Source: Planctomycetota bacterium (GTDB taxonomy: Bacteria; Planctomycetota; SZUA-567; H5-PLA8). From it: a stretch of DNA of 64,000 nt. A model generated the notes under the pieces. That model was given only the letters and a program-made list of their open reading frames with translations, was not told where the DNA came from and searched no databases. Both the position numbers and the translations under genes were made by a program. The stretch covers positions 32,001 to 96,000 of the forward strand of contig JBBRPR010000016.1 of NCBI GenBank assembly GCA_038227875.1, read 5' to 3'. Below, in pieces: positions 28,011-37,713 of this stretch. Position 1 is the first letter of the stretch, and the number at the start of each line of letters is the position of its first letter.

Positions 28011-29516
28011 TTACTTCTCGCCAATGCAGTAAAAATTCTGCTCGCCGCGCAGGTACATCCGCCCGCCTTCGTAGATGGGCGTGCTGAGCGTGATTTCGTG
28101 GTACTTCTCGATCCAGTAATTCTGCTCCCAGCCTTTGGGCATCGTGTAGTCGATGTTATTCTTCGCGACGAGCTTGAATTCGCGCCCCGGTTCGATCACC
28201 AGCGTGCAGCCGGCGTTGTCGGTCATGTAAATGTATTTTCCGACGAGCGCCGGGCTGGCGCCGATTCCGCATCCCAGCGTTTTCCGCTGCTTCGGATTTT
28301 TGAAATCGAACGGCAGATTCTTATTGTACACGATCGCATCGGCCTGTTTCGTCTTGGTCGTATCGACCACGACCAGCTTGCCCCAGTTGGAAAGACAGTA
28401 GAGCAGCCCGTCGTGATAGATCGGCGACGCGGTATAAAAATTGAACATCGGTTCCCACTTCTTTGACGGATCGTCGATTGGAAATGAGACGCGGTTGTAT
28501 TCTTCCTGAATCAGCGGCGTGTACTTGAGTTCCCCGGCGTTGCTGTCGATCTTGAAAAACGCCGCGTTGCCGCCGGTGTAGTAGACGGTGTTTTCATGCA
28601 GCGCAGGTAAATTACCGCCGACGTCCCGGGGCGATGGCAGGACGATTTTGCCGTCGCTGACGCGGATCACGTTGCAGCCCACAATGGCATAGTCGACGCC
28701 GTTGACTTTATACGGCAGGATCGAATAGCCGCCGCCTGCCGTGCGCCACAATTCAGCGCCGGTGGTTTTGTTGTAACCGACGAGCGCCGTCGTTTGCGCG
28801 ATCAACGTGTCGCCGATCAAGGCGGGCGAATTGGCCTGTCCGTGCTCGCCCCACACCGGCGTCATCGACTCGTAGTGCGACCACTTTTTATTGCCATCCA
28901 AGTCGTACGCCGCGGTAACGCCGCTGCCGGAAGTAATGTAGATCAGCTTGCCGTCCGAGCACGGCGTTGCGGCCGTGTAGCCCGACCAGCTTTCCACCCA
29001 CATGTCCGGTGGCAATTTCACCTTTCGATCCGCCTTGCCGGTCAAATCATTGATCTTTTTCTGGAGCTCGTACTTCTGATTATAAAGTTCCTGCGTCCAT
29101 CCGCTGGCGACGAAGCCGTCGTTGATCTTCTGCAACTGCCCGACCAGCGGTTCGATCTCGGCAAAGGCCGGATTCGCTTTTTTCTCCTCTGCGGTCAGGT
29201 TGTCGATCGGCGGATGGGAGCGGATCCACAGCACCTTGCCGGTATTCTTGTTCATGCAGACCAGATCGTAGGGCTCGGAACGCGTGATCAACTTGTCGCC
29301 GATGATGATCGGCGTTGACCACGTGTAGCACGGCAGCTTGGTCTCCCAGACGATATTTTTCTTCTCGCCGCTTTCGCTGCGCGACCAGGTGGTCGGTGGA
29401 TGCGCGTCCGGATAGACGCCGCTGCCGTCGCCGCGCCAGCCGACGTTCGTCTCCGCTGCGATTGTCGGTAAGGAAATCACGGCCAGAACAGTCAGCAGGG
29501 CTTTTCGGAATTGCAT
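28011..29516 (-). CDS. PQQ-like beta-propeller secreted protein
   Basis: Signal peptide, WRGDGSG.YP, IVWETKLP...STPI, AYDLDG.KKW, YLRGE..FYCIG. Confidence 0.85.
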   Translation of the reverse strand: MQFRKALLTVLAVISLPTIAAETNVGWRGDGSGVYPDAHPPTTWSRSESGEKKNIVWETKLPCYTWSTPIIIGDKLITRSEPYDLVCMNKNTGKVLWIRSHPPIDNLTAEEKKANPAFAEIEPLVGQLQKINDGFVASGWTQELYNQKYELQKKINDLTGKADRKVKLPPDMWVESWSGYTAATPCSDGKLIYITSGSGVTAAYDLDGNKKWSHYESMTPVWGEHGQANSPALIGDTLIAQTTALVGYNKTTGAELWRTAGGGYSILPYKVNGVDYAIVGCNVIRVSDGKIVLPSPRDVGGNLPALHENTVYYTGGNAAFFKIDSNAGELKYTPLIQEEYNRVSFPIDDPSKKWEPMFNFYTASPIYHDGLLYCLSNWGKLVVVDTTKTKQADAIVYNKNLPFDFKNPKQRKTLGCGIGASPALVGKYIYMTDNAGCTLVIEPGREFKLVAKNNIDYTMPKGWEQNYWIEKYHEITLSTPIYEGGRMYLRGEQNFYCIGEK

Positions 29517-29734
29517 GCGGATACCTCTTCAATCAATGGTCGACGGCGTCGCGGTCACATCTACTTTATCCTGAATTGGCCCCATCCATGGGAAGGAATT
29601 TGCAAATCCAAGGATCAGCGCCGTGCGTTGTGCCGAAGTCAATCGTGGCATTCATCTTCGATGGATCCACACGCGCGGTAACTTGAAGCGTGGTAGGGAT
29701 CGTTTAGGATGCCAGCATTCCAAATCGAGGTCCC

Positions 29735-29980
29735 ATGATTAAAGCCATCGAAGTGCCGCCGCTGGGAGAGCAGAAGCAGACGGAAACGCAGCTCAACGCG
29801 TGGTTCGTCACCGTCGGTCAGGACGTGAAGGCTGGTGACGACATTGCAGAGCTGGTCACCGACAAGGCCGCGTTCAATCTTCCCGCGTCGGAAGCCGGTA
29901 AGATCGTGAAACTGCTGGTGAAGGAAGGCGCAAAGATCAAGCCGGGCGACCGTTTGGCAGAGATTGAAACCGGTGGCTAA
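29735..29980 (+). CDS. Stand-alone lipoyl-domain protein
   Basis: W.V..G..V..GD.IAELVTDKA (lipoyl Lys); 81 aa. Confidence 0.88.
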   Translation: MIKAIEVPPLGEQKQTETQLNAWFVTVGQDVKAGDDIAELVTDKAAFNLPASEAGKIVKLLVKEGAKIKPGDRLAEIETGG

Positions 29981-30716
29981 CAGCCCGTTGAAAAAGCTCA
30001 ATTCCGCCGAGTTTCACCGTGAAACGCCTGGCAGTAAAGGCGTTTCGCGGCGCAGCACAGGGGTTTATCAACGGGCTGCTAAGCGGCCGAAGAAAAAATC
30101 AAACCGCCGTGGACGATTCATTGTTTTGGACGGTCCGGACGGAGCGGGGAAATCGACGCAGGCCCTGCGGCTCGCGGAGCGCCTGAAAGCGCGCGGAATC
30201 GACGTGCTCGCGCTGCGCGAACCCGGCGGCTCGGCAGTCGGCGAAGCGATCCGGAGTCTCGTGCTGGAGCACCGCAAAGAAAAAATGTTCGCGCTGACGG
30301 AAACGTTTCTCTTCCAGGCCGCACGCGCGCAGTTGATACAGGAGATCATTCAACCGGCGCTCGACGCTGGAAAGTGGGTGATCTGCGACCGCTTTCATTT
30401 GTCCACGCTCGTCTACCAGGGCTTCGCTGGCGGCGTGGATCCCAAAAGCGTGCGTACGCTCTCGACGCTCGCCTGCGACGGCGTGAAGCCCGATCTCTAC
30501 CTCGTAGTCTGGGTCGCGCCAAAGATCGGCATCGCCCGCCGGGCCGACCGCCCGGCCGACCGCATGGAAGCGAAAGGCGAAAAGTTCATCCGCGACGTCG
30601 CCAACGCCTACCGCCGCGAAGCGAAGCGCGACAAGCAGTACACATTCGTCGATGGCGTCGGCGGCCTCGAGGACGTCGAAGCCAGAATCTGGAAGCACGT
30701 GGAGCCGGAACTATGA
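29973..30716 (+). CDS. tmk: Thymidylate kinase with in-frame N-terminal MITE insertion
   Basis: FIVLDGPDGAGKSTQ, REPGG, ICDRF.LSTLVYQG; the GTG start at 29973 overlaps the end of the lipoyl gene. Confidence 0.93.
   Translation: MANSPLKKLNSAEFHRETPGSKGVSRRSTGVYQRAAKRPKKKSNRRGRFIVLDGPDGAGKSTQALRLAERLKARGIDVLALREPGGSAVGEAIRSLVLEHRKEKMFALTETFLFQAARAQLIQEIIQPALDAGKWVICDRFHLSTLVYQGFAGGVDPKSVRTLSTLACDGVKPDLYLVVWVAPKIGIARRADRPADRMEAKGEKFIRDVANAYRREAKRDKQYTFVDGVGGLEDVEARIWKHVEPEL
29981..30078. mobile_element. 98-bp MITE-like element
   Basis: TIRs CAGCCCGTTGAAAAA / TTTATCAACGGGCTG; CTAA direct repeats on both sides; internal hairpin GTGAAACGCC..GGCGTTTCGC; homolog at 45613. Confidence 0.8.
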
Positions 30717-30857
30717 ATTGCGGATTGCGGAATGCGGATTGCGGATTGGATTGGCGTTATGCCAACCCCAAGTTCGATTTTCCCAATTCGAAAACGCAAT
30801 TTCATCGATGGGGATACCCACGCTCTAATCCACAATCCGCAATCCGCAATCCGCAAT
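30717..30857. repeat. Inverted heptamer-array element (GCGGATT / AATCCGC)
   Basis: Left arm 30717-30752 and complementary right arm 30827-30857. Confidence 0.85.
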
Positions 30858-30876
30858 GGCCGTCGGAGACGGCCTC

Positions 30877-32112
30877 ATGAGTTTCGACGCGCTCATCGGC
30901 CAGGCGCCGGCAAAAACGTATCTGCGCTCCGTCCTCGCCTCCGGGCGCCGCGGACACGCGTTTTTGTTCAAAGGTCCCACCGGCGTGGGCAAGCGCACGG
31001 CGGCGTATGCGTTCACGCAGTTGATCCTCTGCCAGCATCCGCCGGCGCCCGACCGCTTCTGCGGCGAATGCCGCTCCTGTCGCTGGTTCGCGGCGCGCAA
31101 AGGGGCTCAGCTCGAACACCCCGATATGATCAGCCTGATCAAGCCGACGGCCGGCGACGACAAGCTCGTCGGCGATCATGAGCCGATGATCCGCCTCGAA
31201 ACCGTTCAGCATGTCTGCGAGCAGCTCCACCGTTCGCCGGTCTCGGGAAATTACCGCGCGGTGATCATCCCCGAAGCGCAACGCCTCTGCCGCGGTCAGG
31301 CGGAAGCCGCCAACGCCTTCTTGAAAACGCTCGAAGAGCCGCCGCAGTCGTCGCTCATCGTACTGACCAGCAGCCAGCCGGAAGGTCTGCTGGAAACCAT
31401 CGTCTCGCGCGTCCAGGCTGTCACCTTCAAGCGGCTCTCGACCAGCGACGTCCGCACCGGACTGAACGTGCGCGCCGCAAGCTCGGGCGGAAAATTTGGC
31501 GAGCAGGAAATGGAGCTGGCCGCGCGGCTCTGCGACGGCAGCCTTGGCCGCGCGCTGGAATTGCTCGACGGCGATTTGAAACACTGGCGCGCGCTGGTGC
31601 TCAAAGAGCTCGGCACGTTCGGCGCGCGTTCCTGCCCGCATTTCGGCGTGCTGCTCTGGGCCACCGCTGACGCGGAAGGCAAGCGCCTCTTTGAAGTGGA
31701 AGAAGCGGCCGGCAAGGCCAATAAAGAAGTAGAGGAAAGCGCTGCGAGTACCGATGATGATACTGAAGGGGAAGCTGAAGCCGCGAAGACCGAAGCCGGA
31801 TGGAAGCGCTATGTCTTCCGTCGCATGCTGGAAATCTGCGAGGTCTGCTTCCGCGATGGTATGATCCGGGCCGCCGTGAACTCGGGTGCAGCACCGGCGG
31901 GTAACGGCGGCGACGCCGGGGAGTTGCTGCTGCAGCCCGACCAGGCCGCGCTGGCCGAAAATCTGGCGCGGAAATTTGGCGCCACCGGATGCATGAAAGC
32001 ATTATCTGCTCTGCGAGAAGCGCTCCTTGCGGTACGCTTGTACGTCCGCGGTGACGTGGTTGGGCGCGCGCTGGCGGGCAGGCTGGTGGATGCGATGAGT
32101 CTACACGGGTAA
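30877..32112 (+). CDS. holB: DNA polymerase III delta' subunit
   Basis: HAFLFKGPTGVGK, CGECRSC, HPD, ANAFLKTLEEPP, TIVSR; follows tmk; GGAG RBS. Confidence 0.9.
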   Translation: MSFDALIGQAPAKTYLRSVLASGRRGHAFLFKGPTGVGKRTAAYAFTQLILCQHPPAPDRFCGECRSCRWFAARKGAQLEHPDMISLIKPTAGDDKLVGDHEPMIRLETVQHVCEQLHRSPVSGNYRAVIIPEAQRLCRGQAEAANAFLKTLEEPPQSSLIVLTSSQPEGLLETIVSRVQAVTFKRLSTSDVRTGLNVRAASSGGKFGEQEMELAARLCDGSLGRALELLDGDLKHWRALVLKELGTFGARSCPHFGVLLWATADAEGKRLFEVEEAAGKANKEVEESAASTDDDTEGEAEAAKTEAGWKRYVFRRMLEICEVCFRDGMIRAAVNSGAAPAGNGGDAGELLLQPDQAALAENLARKFGATGCMKALSALREALLAVRLYVRGDVVGRALAGRLVDAMSLHG

Positions 32113-32258
32113 TTTTGAGTGTTTAGTTTTTAGTTTTTAGTTTTGAGTTGTGTTTGAAAAGAAGCGTTCAATTTGAGGGTGGGTTTTGAAAATAAGCATT
32201 GAGGACGCATTGCCAGAGTGCAACGCAACTCAAAACTTAGAACTCAAAACTCAAAACT
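32113..32258. repeat. Inverted heptamer-array element (TTTTGAG / CTCAAAA)
   Basis: Left arm 32113-32150 and complementary right arm 32226-32258. Confidence 0.85.
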
Positions 32259-32265
32259 GACCACC

Positions 32266-32646
32266 ATGGCCGACGAACGGGAAGACGAACAGAAACTGTC
32301 ACAGATCCTGCTGCGGGATGACCGCTTTGCGCGGGATGCGTATCGCTTCGTGCAGGAAGGTCTGGAATTCACCGTGCAGCGCCGCGGCAGGCGTGGGCAC
32401 GTCAGCCCGCGCGAACTGCTTGAAGGGCTGCGCGACATGGCCAAGGAACGCTTCGGCCTGATGGCCCGCACCGTCCTCAACCAATGGGGCGTGATGAAGA
32501 CCGGCCACTTCGGCGAAATCGTCTTCAACCTCGTTGACGAACAGATCATGTCGAAAGAAGATTCCGACACGCGCGAGGATTTTCAGGACGTCTACGATTT
32601 TGAAGAAGTCTTCGACCACGGCATGCAGATTGAAATTGAAGAGTAA
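32266..32646 (+). CDS. Minf_1886-like Verrucomicrobia/Planctomycetes-restricted protein
   Basis: D.RFARDAYRFVQEGL, HVSPRELLEG.R, FGLMARTVLNQWG, FGEIVFNLV, DF.DVYDF. Confidence 0.8.
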   Translation: MADEREDEQKLSQILLRDDRFARDAYRFVQEGLEFTVQRRGRRGHVSPRELLEGLRDMAKERFGLMARTVLNQWGVMKTGHFGEIVFNLVDEQIMSKEDSDTREDFQDVYDFEEVFDHGMQIEIEE

Positions 32647-32715
32647 TGTTCAGTGAGTTGCGATATGAAAAGTGGAGCAGTTGAGAACAGCGGATACGGA
32701 TTTTAAGGAAGAGTG

Positions 32716-34173
32716 ATGAGCGAGCACGAAATCACGGTGCTGGATGTGCTGGAGCGGTCCTGTCAGCGTGCCCCGCAGAGCGTGGCGATTGCGCTGCCGG
32801 ACAACGCGGTCATCACCTACGAGCAACTCGTCGCGAAAAGCAAGCGCGCCGGCGCGGCCATCGCGGCCGCCAACAAGAGCGATGTCGTCGCGCTCTTCTT
32901 CCCGATGGTCCCTGAATTCGTCATTGCCTACCTTGGCGCGCTCTACGCCAACAAATGCGTCCTGCCGCTCAACCTGCTCCTGCCGCCTGAAGAGATGAAG
33001 TGGATTCTGGCCGACGCCTCCGCCGAGAGCATCGTCGCGCCGCCGTCGCTGGCCGAAAAGGTCGCGCCGTTGGGCTTGCCGGTGATCAGTTTCGCGGATC
33101 TCTTCGGCACTGAGCTCTCGCCCGCCGCGCCGCGCCCGACTCCCGAATCGCTGGCCACACTTCTCTACACGTCCGGCACGACCGGCAAGCCCAAGGGCGT
33201 GATGCTGACGCACAAAAATCTCGCCTCGAATGCCGCCAGCGCCATCGACGCGATGCGGTTGGAAGCGTCGAGCCGCTTTCTCTCCTGCCTGCCGACGTTC
33301 CACTCCTTCGCCATCACCGGCACAATCCTCGCGCCGATCGCCGCGGGCGCATCGCTGGCGGCGCTGCCCAAGTTCGATCCGGAAGCCGTCCTCAACCTCG
33401 TCTCGACTTTGAAGTGCGACACGCTGCTGATGGTGCCGTCGATGTATCGCCTCGTCACCCGCATGCAGGAACGGCGTCCGCACGAATTGAAAATCCGCCT
33501 CGCTGTTTCCGGCGCCGAAGCGCTGCCCAGCGAAGTGCGCGAACGTTTCGAAAAAGTCTTCGGCGTCCCGCTGCTCGAAGGCTACGGCCAGACGGAAACC
33601 TCGCCAGTGATTTCGTTCAACATGCCGTGGGCCAACAAGCCCGGCACCGTTGGCAAACCGATCAAGGATGTCAAAGTCCGCATCACCGACGCGGCGACGC
33701 TTCAGGAACTGCCCGCGGATACCACCGGCGAAATCTGGATCAGTGGCCCCAACGTCATGAAGGGCTACCGCAATCGCGCTGAAGAGACCGCCGCCGTGCT
33801 TACCGCCGATGGCTGGCTGCGCACCGGCGACATGGGCGAGCTGACGTCCGATGGATTTATTCGCATCACCGGCCGCCTCCGGGAAATGATCAAAGTGGCT
33901 GGAGAAATGGTCTTTCCGGCTGAAGTCGAGCACGCGCTGCTGACCCATCCCAACGTCTTTGAAGCCGGCGTCGCCGGCGTAAAGGACGAACGCAAAGGCG
34001 AAATCGTTAAAGCGTTCGTTGTGCTCAAACCAGATCAAAAAGTGACCGAAGATGAGTTGCTGCAGCATTGCCGTACGAATCTCGCATCCTATAAGGTGCC
34101 GAAAGCGATTGAATTTCGTACGGAGTTACCCAAAGGCCCTACAGGGAAGGTATTGCGTCGGTTGCTGAAATAG
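32716..34173 (+). CDS. Long-chain acyl-CoA ligase (AMP-binding)
   Basis: YTSGTTGKPKG, EGYGQTE, GWLRTGD, LPKGPTGKV. Confidence 0.92.
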   Translation: MSEHEITVLDVLERSCQRAPQSVAIALPDNAVITYEQLVAKSKRAGAAIAAANKSDVVALFFPMVPEFVIAYLGALYANKCVLPLNLLLPPEEMKWILADASAESIVAPPSLAEKVAPLGLPVISFADLFGTELSPAAPRPTPESLATLLYTSGTTGKPKGVMLTHKNLASNAASAIDAMRLEASSRFLSCLPTFHSFAITGTILAPIAAGASLAALPKFDPEAVLNLVSTLKCDTLLMVPSMYRLVTRMQERRPHELKIRLAVSGAEALPSEVRERFEKVFGVPLLEGYGQTETSPVISFNMPWANKPGTVGKPIKDVKVRITDAATLQELPADTTGEIWISGPNVMKGYRNRAEETAAVLTADGWLRTGDMGELTSDGFIRITGRLREMIKVAGEMVFPAEVEHALLTHPNVFEAGVAGVKDERKGEIVKAFVVLKPDQKVTEDELLQHCRTNLASYKVPKAIEFRTELPKGPTGKVLRRLLK

Positions 34174-34265
34174 AACCTTTTGCCTCAGCGTTTTCGGCTT
34201 GGTCGAAAATTTGCGCTGCTTCACCCCTAGTAGCCGAGCCTAATTTAGATAAAATAGAGAGTAAC

Positions 34266-34778
34266 GTGTCACGAGCCAAGCAGACGCCAAACAATTTTAG
34301 TTTCGTCATTCCCGCCGTCCTGGCCGGAATGGAGCGTCCCGGCACGTTTTCAAAATTGCGCGACGACTGCGAATTCCTCAAAAATCACAAGATCAGCGCC
34401 ATCGTCTCGCTCACCGAATCCCCGCTCGAACGTGTCTATATCGAAGAGTTCGGCTTCCGCTACCTGCATCTGCCCGTCGCGGATTTCACGCCGCCCAGCA
34501 TCGAACAGGTCGACATTTTCTTGAATTTTCAGCGCAAGGCCGAGTCCGATTCGCTCGCTACTGTGGTCCACTGTGGCGCAGGACTGGGGCGAACGGGCAC
34601 GATGCTGGCCTGCGCCCTTGTCTCCCGCGGATACGATGCCGATGTCGCCATCGATAAGCTTCGTACCCTGCGGCCCTATTCCATCGAAACGCTGGAACAG
34701 GAAGATTGTGTAAGACTTTATGCCGATGTGGTGGCCAAACGCGCGGCGGGCGGTAACATCGAGGGTCCTGATGAATAG
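34266..34778 (+). CDS. Dual-specificity protein phosphatase
   Basis: HLPVADFTPP, VHCGAGLGRTG (CX5R), LRPYSIET.EQ. Confidence 0.92.
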   Translation: MSRAKQTPNNFSFVIPAVLAGMERPGTFSKLRDDCEFLKNHKISAIVSLTESPLERVYIEEFGFRYLHLPVADFTPPSIEQVDIFLNFQRKAESDSLATVVHCGAGLGRTGTMLACALVSRGYDADVAIDKLRTLRPYSIETLEQEDCVRLYADVVAKRAAGGNIEGPDE

Positions 34779-36045
34779 GACTCAGGATCCAAGCATGGCC
34801 CGAAAGGGACCCAAAACTTTCGAACAGGTGGCTGTCGAGAACGGCCTGGTGACTGAAATCCAGGTCCGCGAATGCCTTTCCGAGCAGGAATCCGCTCGCA
34901 AGGACGACAGAGACCCTGATGAGCTCGAACAGATCATGCTCCGCAAGGGGTTCATGACGGAGCAGGAAGTTCACGCCGTGAAAACGGCCCTCGGACGCAT
35001 CACGCGCGACGAGGAAAAGGGCGAACCGCTCCGCATCGGCAACTACGAAATCATCGGCAAGATCGGCGACGGCGGACTGGGCACCGTGTACAAGGCGCGC
35101 CAGATCTCCATGTCCCGCGACGTCGCGTTGAAAGTCCTCCACAAAAAGTGGCTGACCGACGAAGAATTCAAAAAGCGCTTTCTGCTCGAAGCCCGCCTCG
35201 CCGGCCGCTTGAGCCACCAGAATCTGATCCAGGTCTACGACGTCGGCCGCGACCGCGGCATTTATTACTTCTCGATGGAATTCGTCGACGGCGAGACCGT
35301 CGAAGACCAGATCGAACGCGAAGGCCCGCTGGAAACGGCCAAGGCCATCGACGTGGTGATCCAGGTCCTCCGCTCGATCACCTACATCAAGCGCTTCGAC
35401 ATCGTCCACCGCGACATCAAGCCCGGCAACATCATGATGACGCGCAACGGGCTGGTGAAACTCGGCGACTTCGGCTTCGTGAAATCCAAGCTCGACCCCG
35501 TCATCGCCACCGAAGGCGAAGTGCTCGGCACTCCCGATTACATCTCGCCCGAACAGGCCATGGGCATGGAGAACATCGACTGGCGCTCCGACCAGTATTC
35601 GCTGGGCTGCACGCTCTATCACATGCTCACCGGCAAGCCGCCGTACGAAGGCTCGGGCAGCTCGGTGATGCGCCAGCACATCAAGTCCGATCTCCCGGAT
35701 CCGCGCACGATCAACCCCAAGATTCCCGACTCGGTCATCCAGATCCTCGAACGCATGATGGCCAAGGATCCCAACGACCGCTACCTCGACACCGACCAGT
35801 TCTTCGAAGACCTCGAGCTGGTGAAGATGGGCCAGGTCCCGTCGAGCGCCCGCCTGGACGCCGGCAAGTCGACGATCATCCGCGCCTTCAAGATCGAGCA
35901 AGTCCGCGCTCAGCGCGCCAAAACCGAAGTCGAAATCCTGCGCGAAGAAGTCCAGCGCATGAAAAAGTACATGACCGCCGCGTTGGTCGCTGCCGGAGTG
36001 ATGGCCGTGATCGCCCTCGGCGCACTGCTGCTTCACCTGCACTGA
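34771..36045 (+). CDS. Ser/Thr protein kinase with C-terminal TM
   Basis: IGDGGLGTVY, VALK, HRDIKPGN, DFG, GTPDYISPEQ. Start is 34771 or 34795. Confidence 0.94.
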   Translation: MNRTQDPSMARKGPKTFEQVAVENGLVTEIQVRECLSEQESARKDDRDPDELEQIMLRKGFMTEQEVHAVKTALGRITRDEEKGEPLRIGNYEIIGKIGDGGLGTVYKARQISMSRDVALKVLHKKWLTDEEFKKRFLLEARLAGRLSHQNLIQVYDVGRDRGIYYFSMEFVDGETVEDQIEREGPLETAKAIDVVIQVLRSITYIKRFDIVHRDIKPGNIMMTRNGLVKLGDFGFVKSKLDPVIATEGEVLGTPDYISPEQAMGMENIDWRSDQYSLGCTLYHMLTGKPPYEGSGSSVMRQHIKSDLPDPRTINPKIPDSVIQILERMMAKDPNDRYLDTDQFFEDLELVKMGQVPSSARLDAGKSTIIRAFKIEQVRAQRAKTEVEILREEVQRMKKYMTAALVAAGVMAVIALGALLLHLH

Positions 36046-36115
36046 GCTCTGTGCTGAGCACCTCCTCCCATAATCCATGGTTGTTCACGCGATCCGCGCC
36101 CAGTAACCTCGCGGC

Positions 36116-36712
36116 ATGACTGGCACCTCGGCTGAAACTCCTGGCACCACCCATCGTGGCGCCGCGATTCCCTTGATCGTCTCGCTCGCGGCCACCGCCG
36201 TTACCGTTTTGATCCTGCGCGGAGAAGGGCGACGCTGGTGGTGTGCGTGCGGGGAGCTTTCTCTCTGGGCCAGCAATATTAATTCATCGCATTGCTCGCA
36301 GCATCTGTTCGATCCGTACAGTTTCACGCACGTCGAACACGGACTGATCGCGTTCAGTCTGCTGACGTGGTTGCGTCCGGGCTGGAGCGTCACCTGGCGG
36401 CTGTGCGCGACGGTGCTCTACGCTTGCGGCTGGGAGATCCTGGAAAACTCCACGTACATCATTGAGCGTTACCGCGCGCACACGCTCGCGCTCAATTACC
36501 TCGGCGACAGTGTTGGGAACTCGATGGGCGACATTCTGTCGTGCGTCACGGGTTTTGCGATCGCCAGTAAACTCGGCCTGCGCCGGACGCTGGTGCTGTT
36601 TGTGGTGCTGGAGCTAATGCTGCTGGTGATCATCCGGGATAATTTGACGCTGAATGTGGTGATGTTGCTTTATCCGGTGAATGGGATTAAGGCGTGGCAG
36701 ATGGGAAGGTGA
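36116..36712 (+). CDS. DUF2585/UPF0314 membrane protein
   Basis: GRRWWCACG, SQHLFDPYSFTH..HG, WEILEN...IERYR, GDSVGNS.GD, IRDNLTLNV.ML. Confidence 0.88.
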   Translation: MTGTSAETPGTTHRGAAIPLIVSLAATAVTVLILRGEGRRWWCACGELSLWASNINSSHCSQHLFDPYSFTHVEHGLIAFSLLTWLRPGWSVTWRLCATVLYACGWEILENSTYIIERYRAHTLALNYLGDSVGNSMGDILSCVTGFAIASKLGLRRTLVLFVVLELMLLVIIRDNLTLNVVMLLYPVNGIKAWQMGR

Positions 36713-36967
36713 TTATTCAGCGCGGAATTCCTGCGACACCCATTCTCCAACCTCACTAACCAAAGTGTGATTTTTTAGTCGCGATAATAGACAAAAGATA
36801 AAATACGGAATCAGCAGTACGGCGAAAACGGCGCCAAAAGTTAGAAACCAGGTAATCTTGCCTGAGATGATGATACGCGTATTCATTAAGAACAGGCCAG
36901 ACACAACCAGGGCCAAGGCGATTATTGCAATCATCAAGTAACGTTGAAAATGAACTCCTGACTCCAC
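36713..36967 (-). CDS. Small AT-rich 2-TM hypothetical protein
   Basis: Two hydrophobic segments; no clear RBS. Confidence 0.4.
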   Translation of the reverse strand: MESGVHFQRYLMIAIIALALVVSGLFLMNTRIIISGKITWFLTFGAVFAVLLIPYFIFCLLSRLKNHTLVSEVGEWVSQEFRAE

Positions 36968-37286
36968 AATTGCGCGCGCGGAATTTAACCGTCTATCGGA
37001 CCAGATAAGCCGTACATTTACACCCTGAAAAAGTCCACGCCGGGCACGAACTACACGTTCGGCGTATTTCAGTTTTACGGTCTTGTTGTCACCGGCGACT
37101 TGATGCTGCGTTATCGTATGAAATGCTTAGATCTGAAATTCCGATCCTAAATTTTTCGCCAAGCGTTTATGTGTCTTGAAGGTTGCGACATCCAGGCCTT
37201 TTACAATATCTGCATCGGGTATGTTGCCGATTGGAATATCATAATATGGCATTCGCAACTCCCTTATACGCTGACTTGCAACACGA

Positions 37287-37625
37287 TCACGGTTGGTGCT
37301 TCCTCAACATCCACTCACACGTCCCCACCGCCACGCCGAGAATCAGCAGCGCCACCGCCACGTCGATCGCCACGCCCGATGCCGACCACGCCGAGAATCC
37401 GCTGGGAAACGATTTGTAACAGTCCTCCGGCCAGCCGCGCGCTTTCGAGTGTTCCCAGTGACGGACGAGCATGCCCGCTTCCGGTTGGACCAGCGGTTCG
37501 CTTTCCAGATTGGCGCTGAGGCGCGGATGCGAGTTGAGGAAGACGAGTATCCCCGCCATCAGCACGAGCACCAACCGGGTGCGGAGTTGCAGCGCGAAAC
37601 GCGAGCGGGACGGAATTTTGCCCAT
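37287..37625 (-). CDS. Small membrane protein, RFxLxL...GWP family (paralog 1)
   Basis: RFALQLRTRLVLVLMAGILVFLN...RGWP...TM; shares these motifs with the next two genes. Confidence 0.7.
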   Translation of the reverse strand: MGKIPSRSRFALQLRTRLVLVLMAGILVFLNSHPRLSANLESEPLVQPEAGMLVRHWEHSKARGWPEDCYKSFPSGFSAWSASGVAIDVAVALLILGVAVGTCEWMLRKHQP

Positions 37626-37713
37626 GAGCCAGGAGTCTAATCGGCAGAGTCGTGCATGAAAAGTCGCGCAATTCACGTCCAATTTAATGTAACCCTCTTG
37701 TGGAGAATCTGCT

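Noticed and set aside
32218..32265. N-terminal extension NSKLRTQNSKL of the Minf_1886-like protein
   Set aside because: Translation of the heptamer repeat arm.
34558..36078. 506-aa minus-strand ORF (and similar long antisense ORFs over aroG, the acyl-CoA ligase, M20 and pyrC)
   Set aside because: Shadow ORFs typical of GC-rich DNA opposite well-supported genes.
36970..37286. AT-rich stretch with short open frames, possible pseudogene
   Set aside because: No convincing start, RBS or homology visible by eye.
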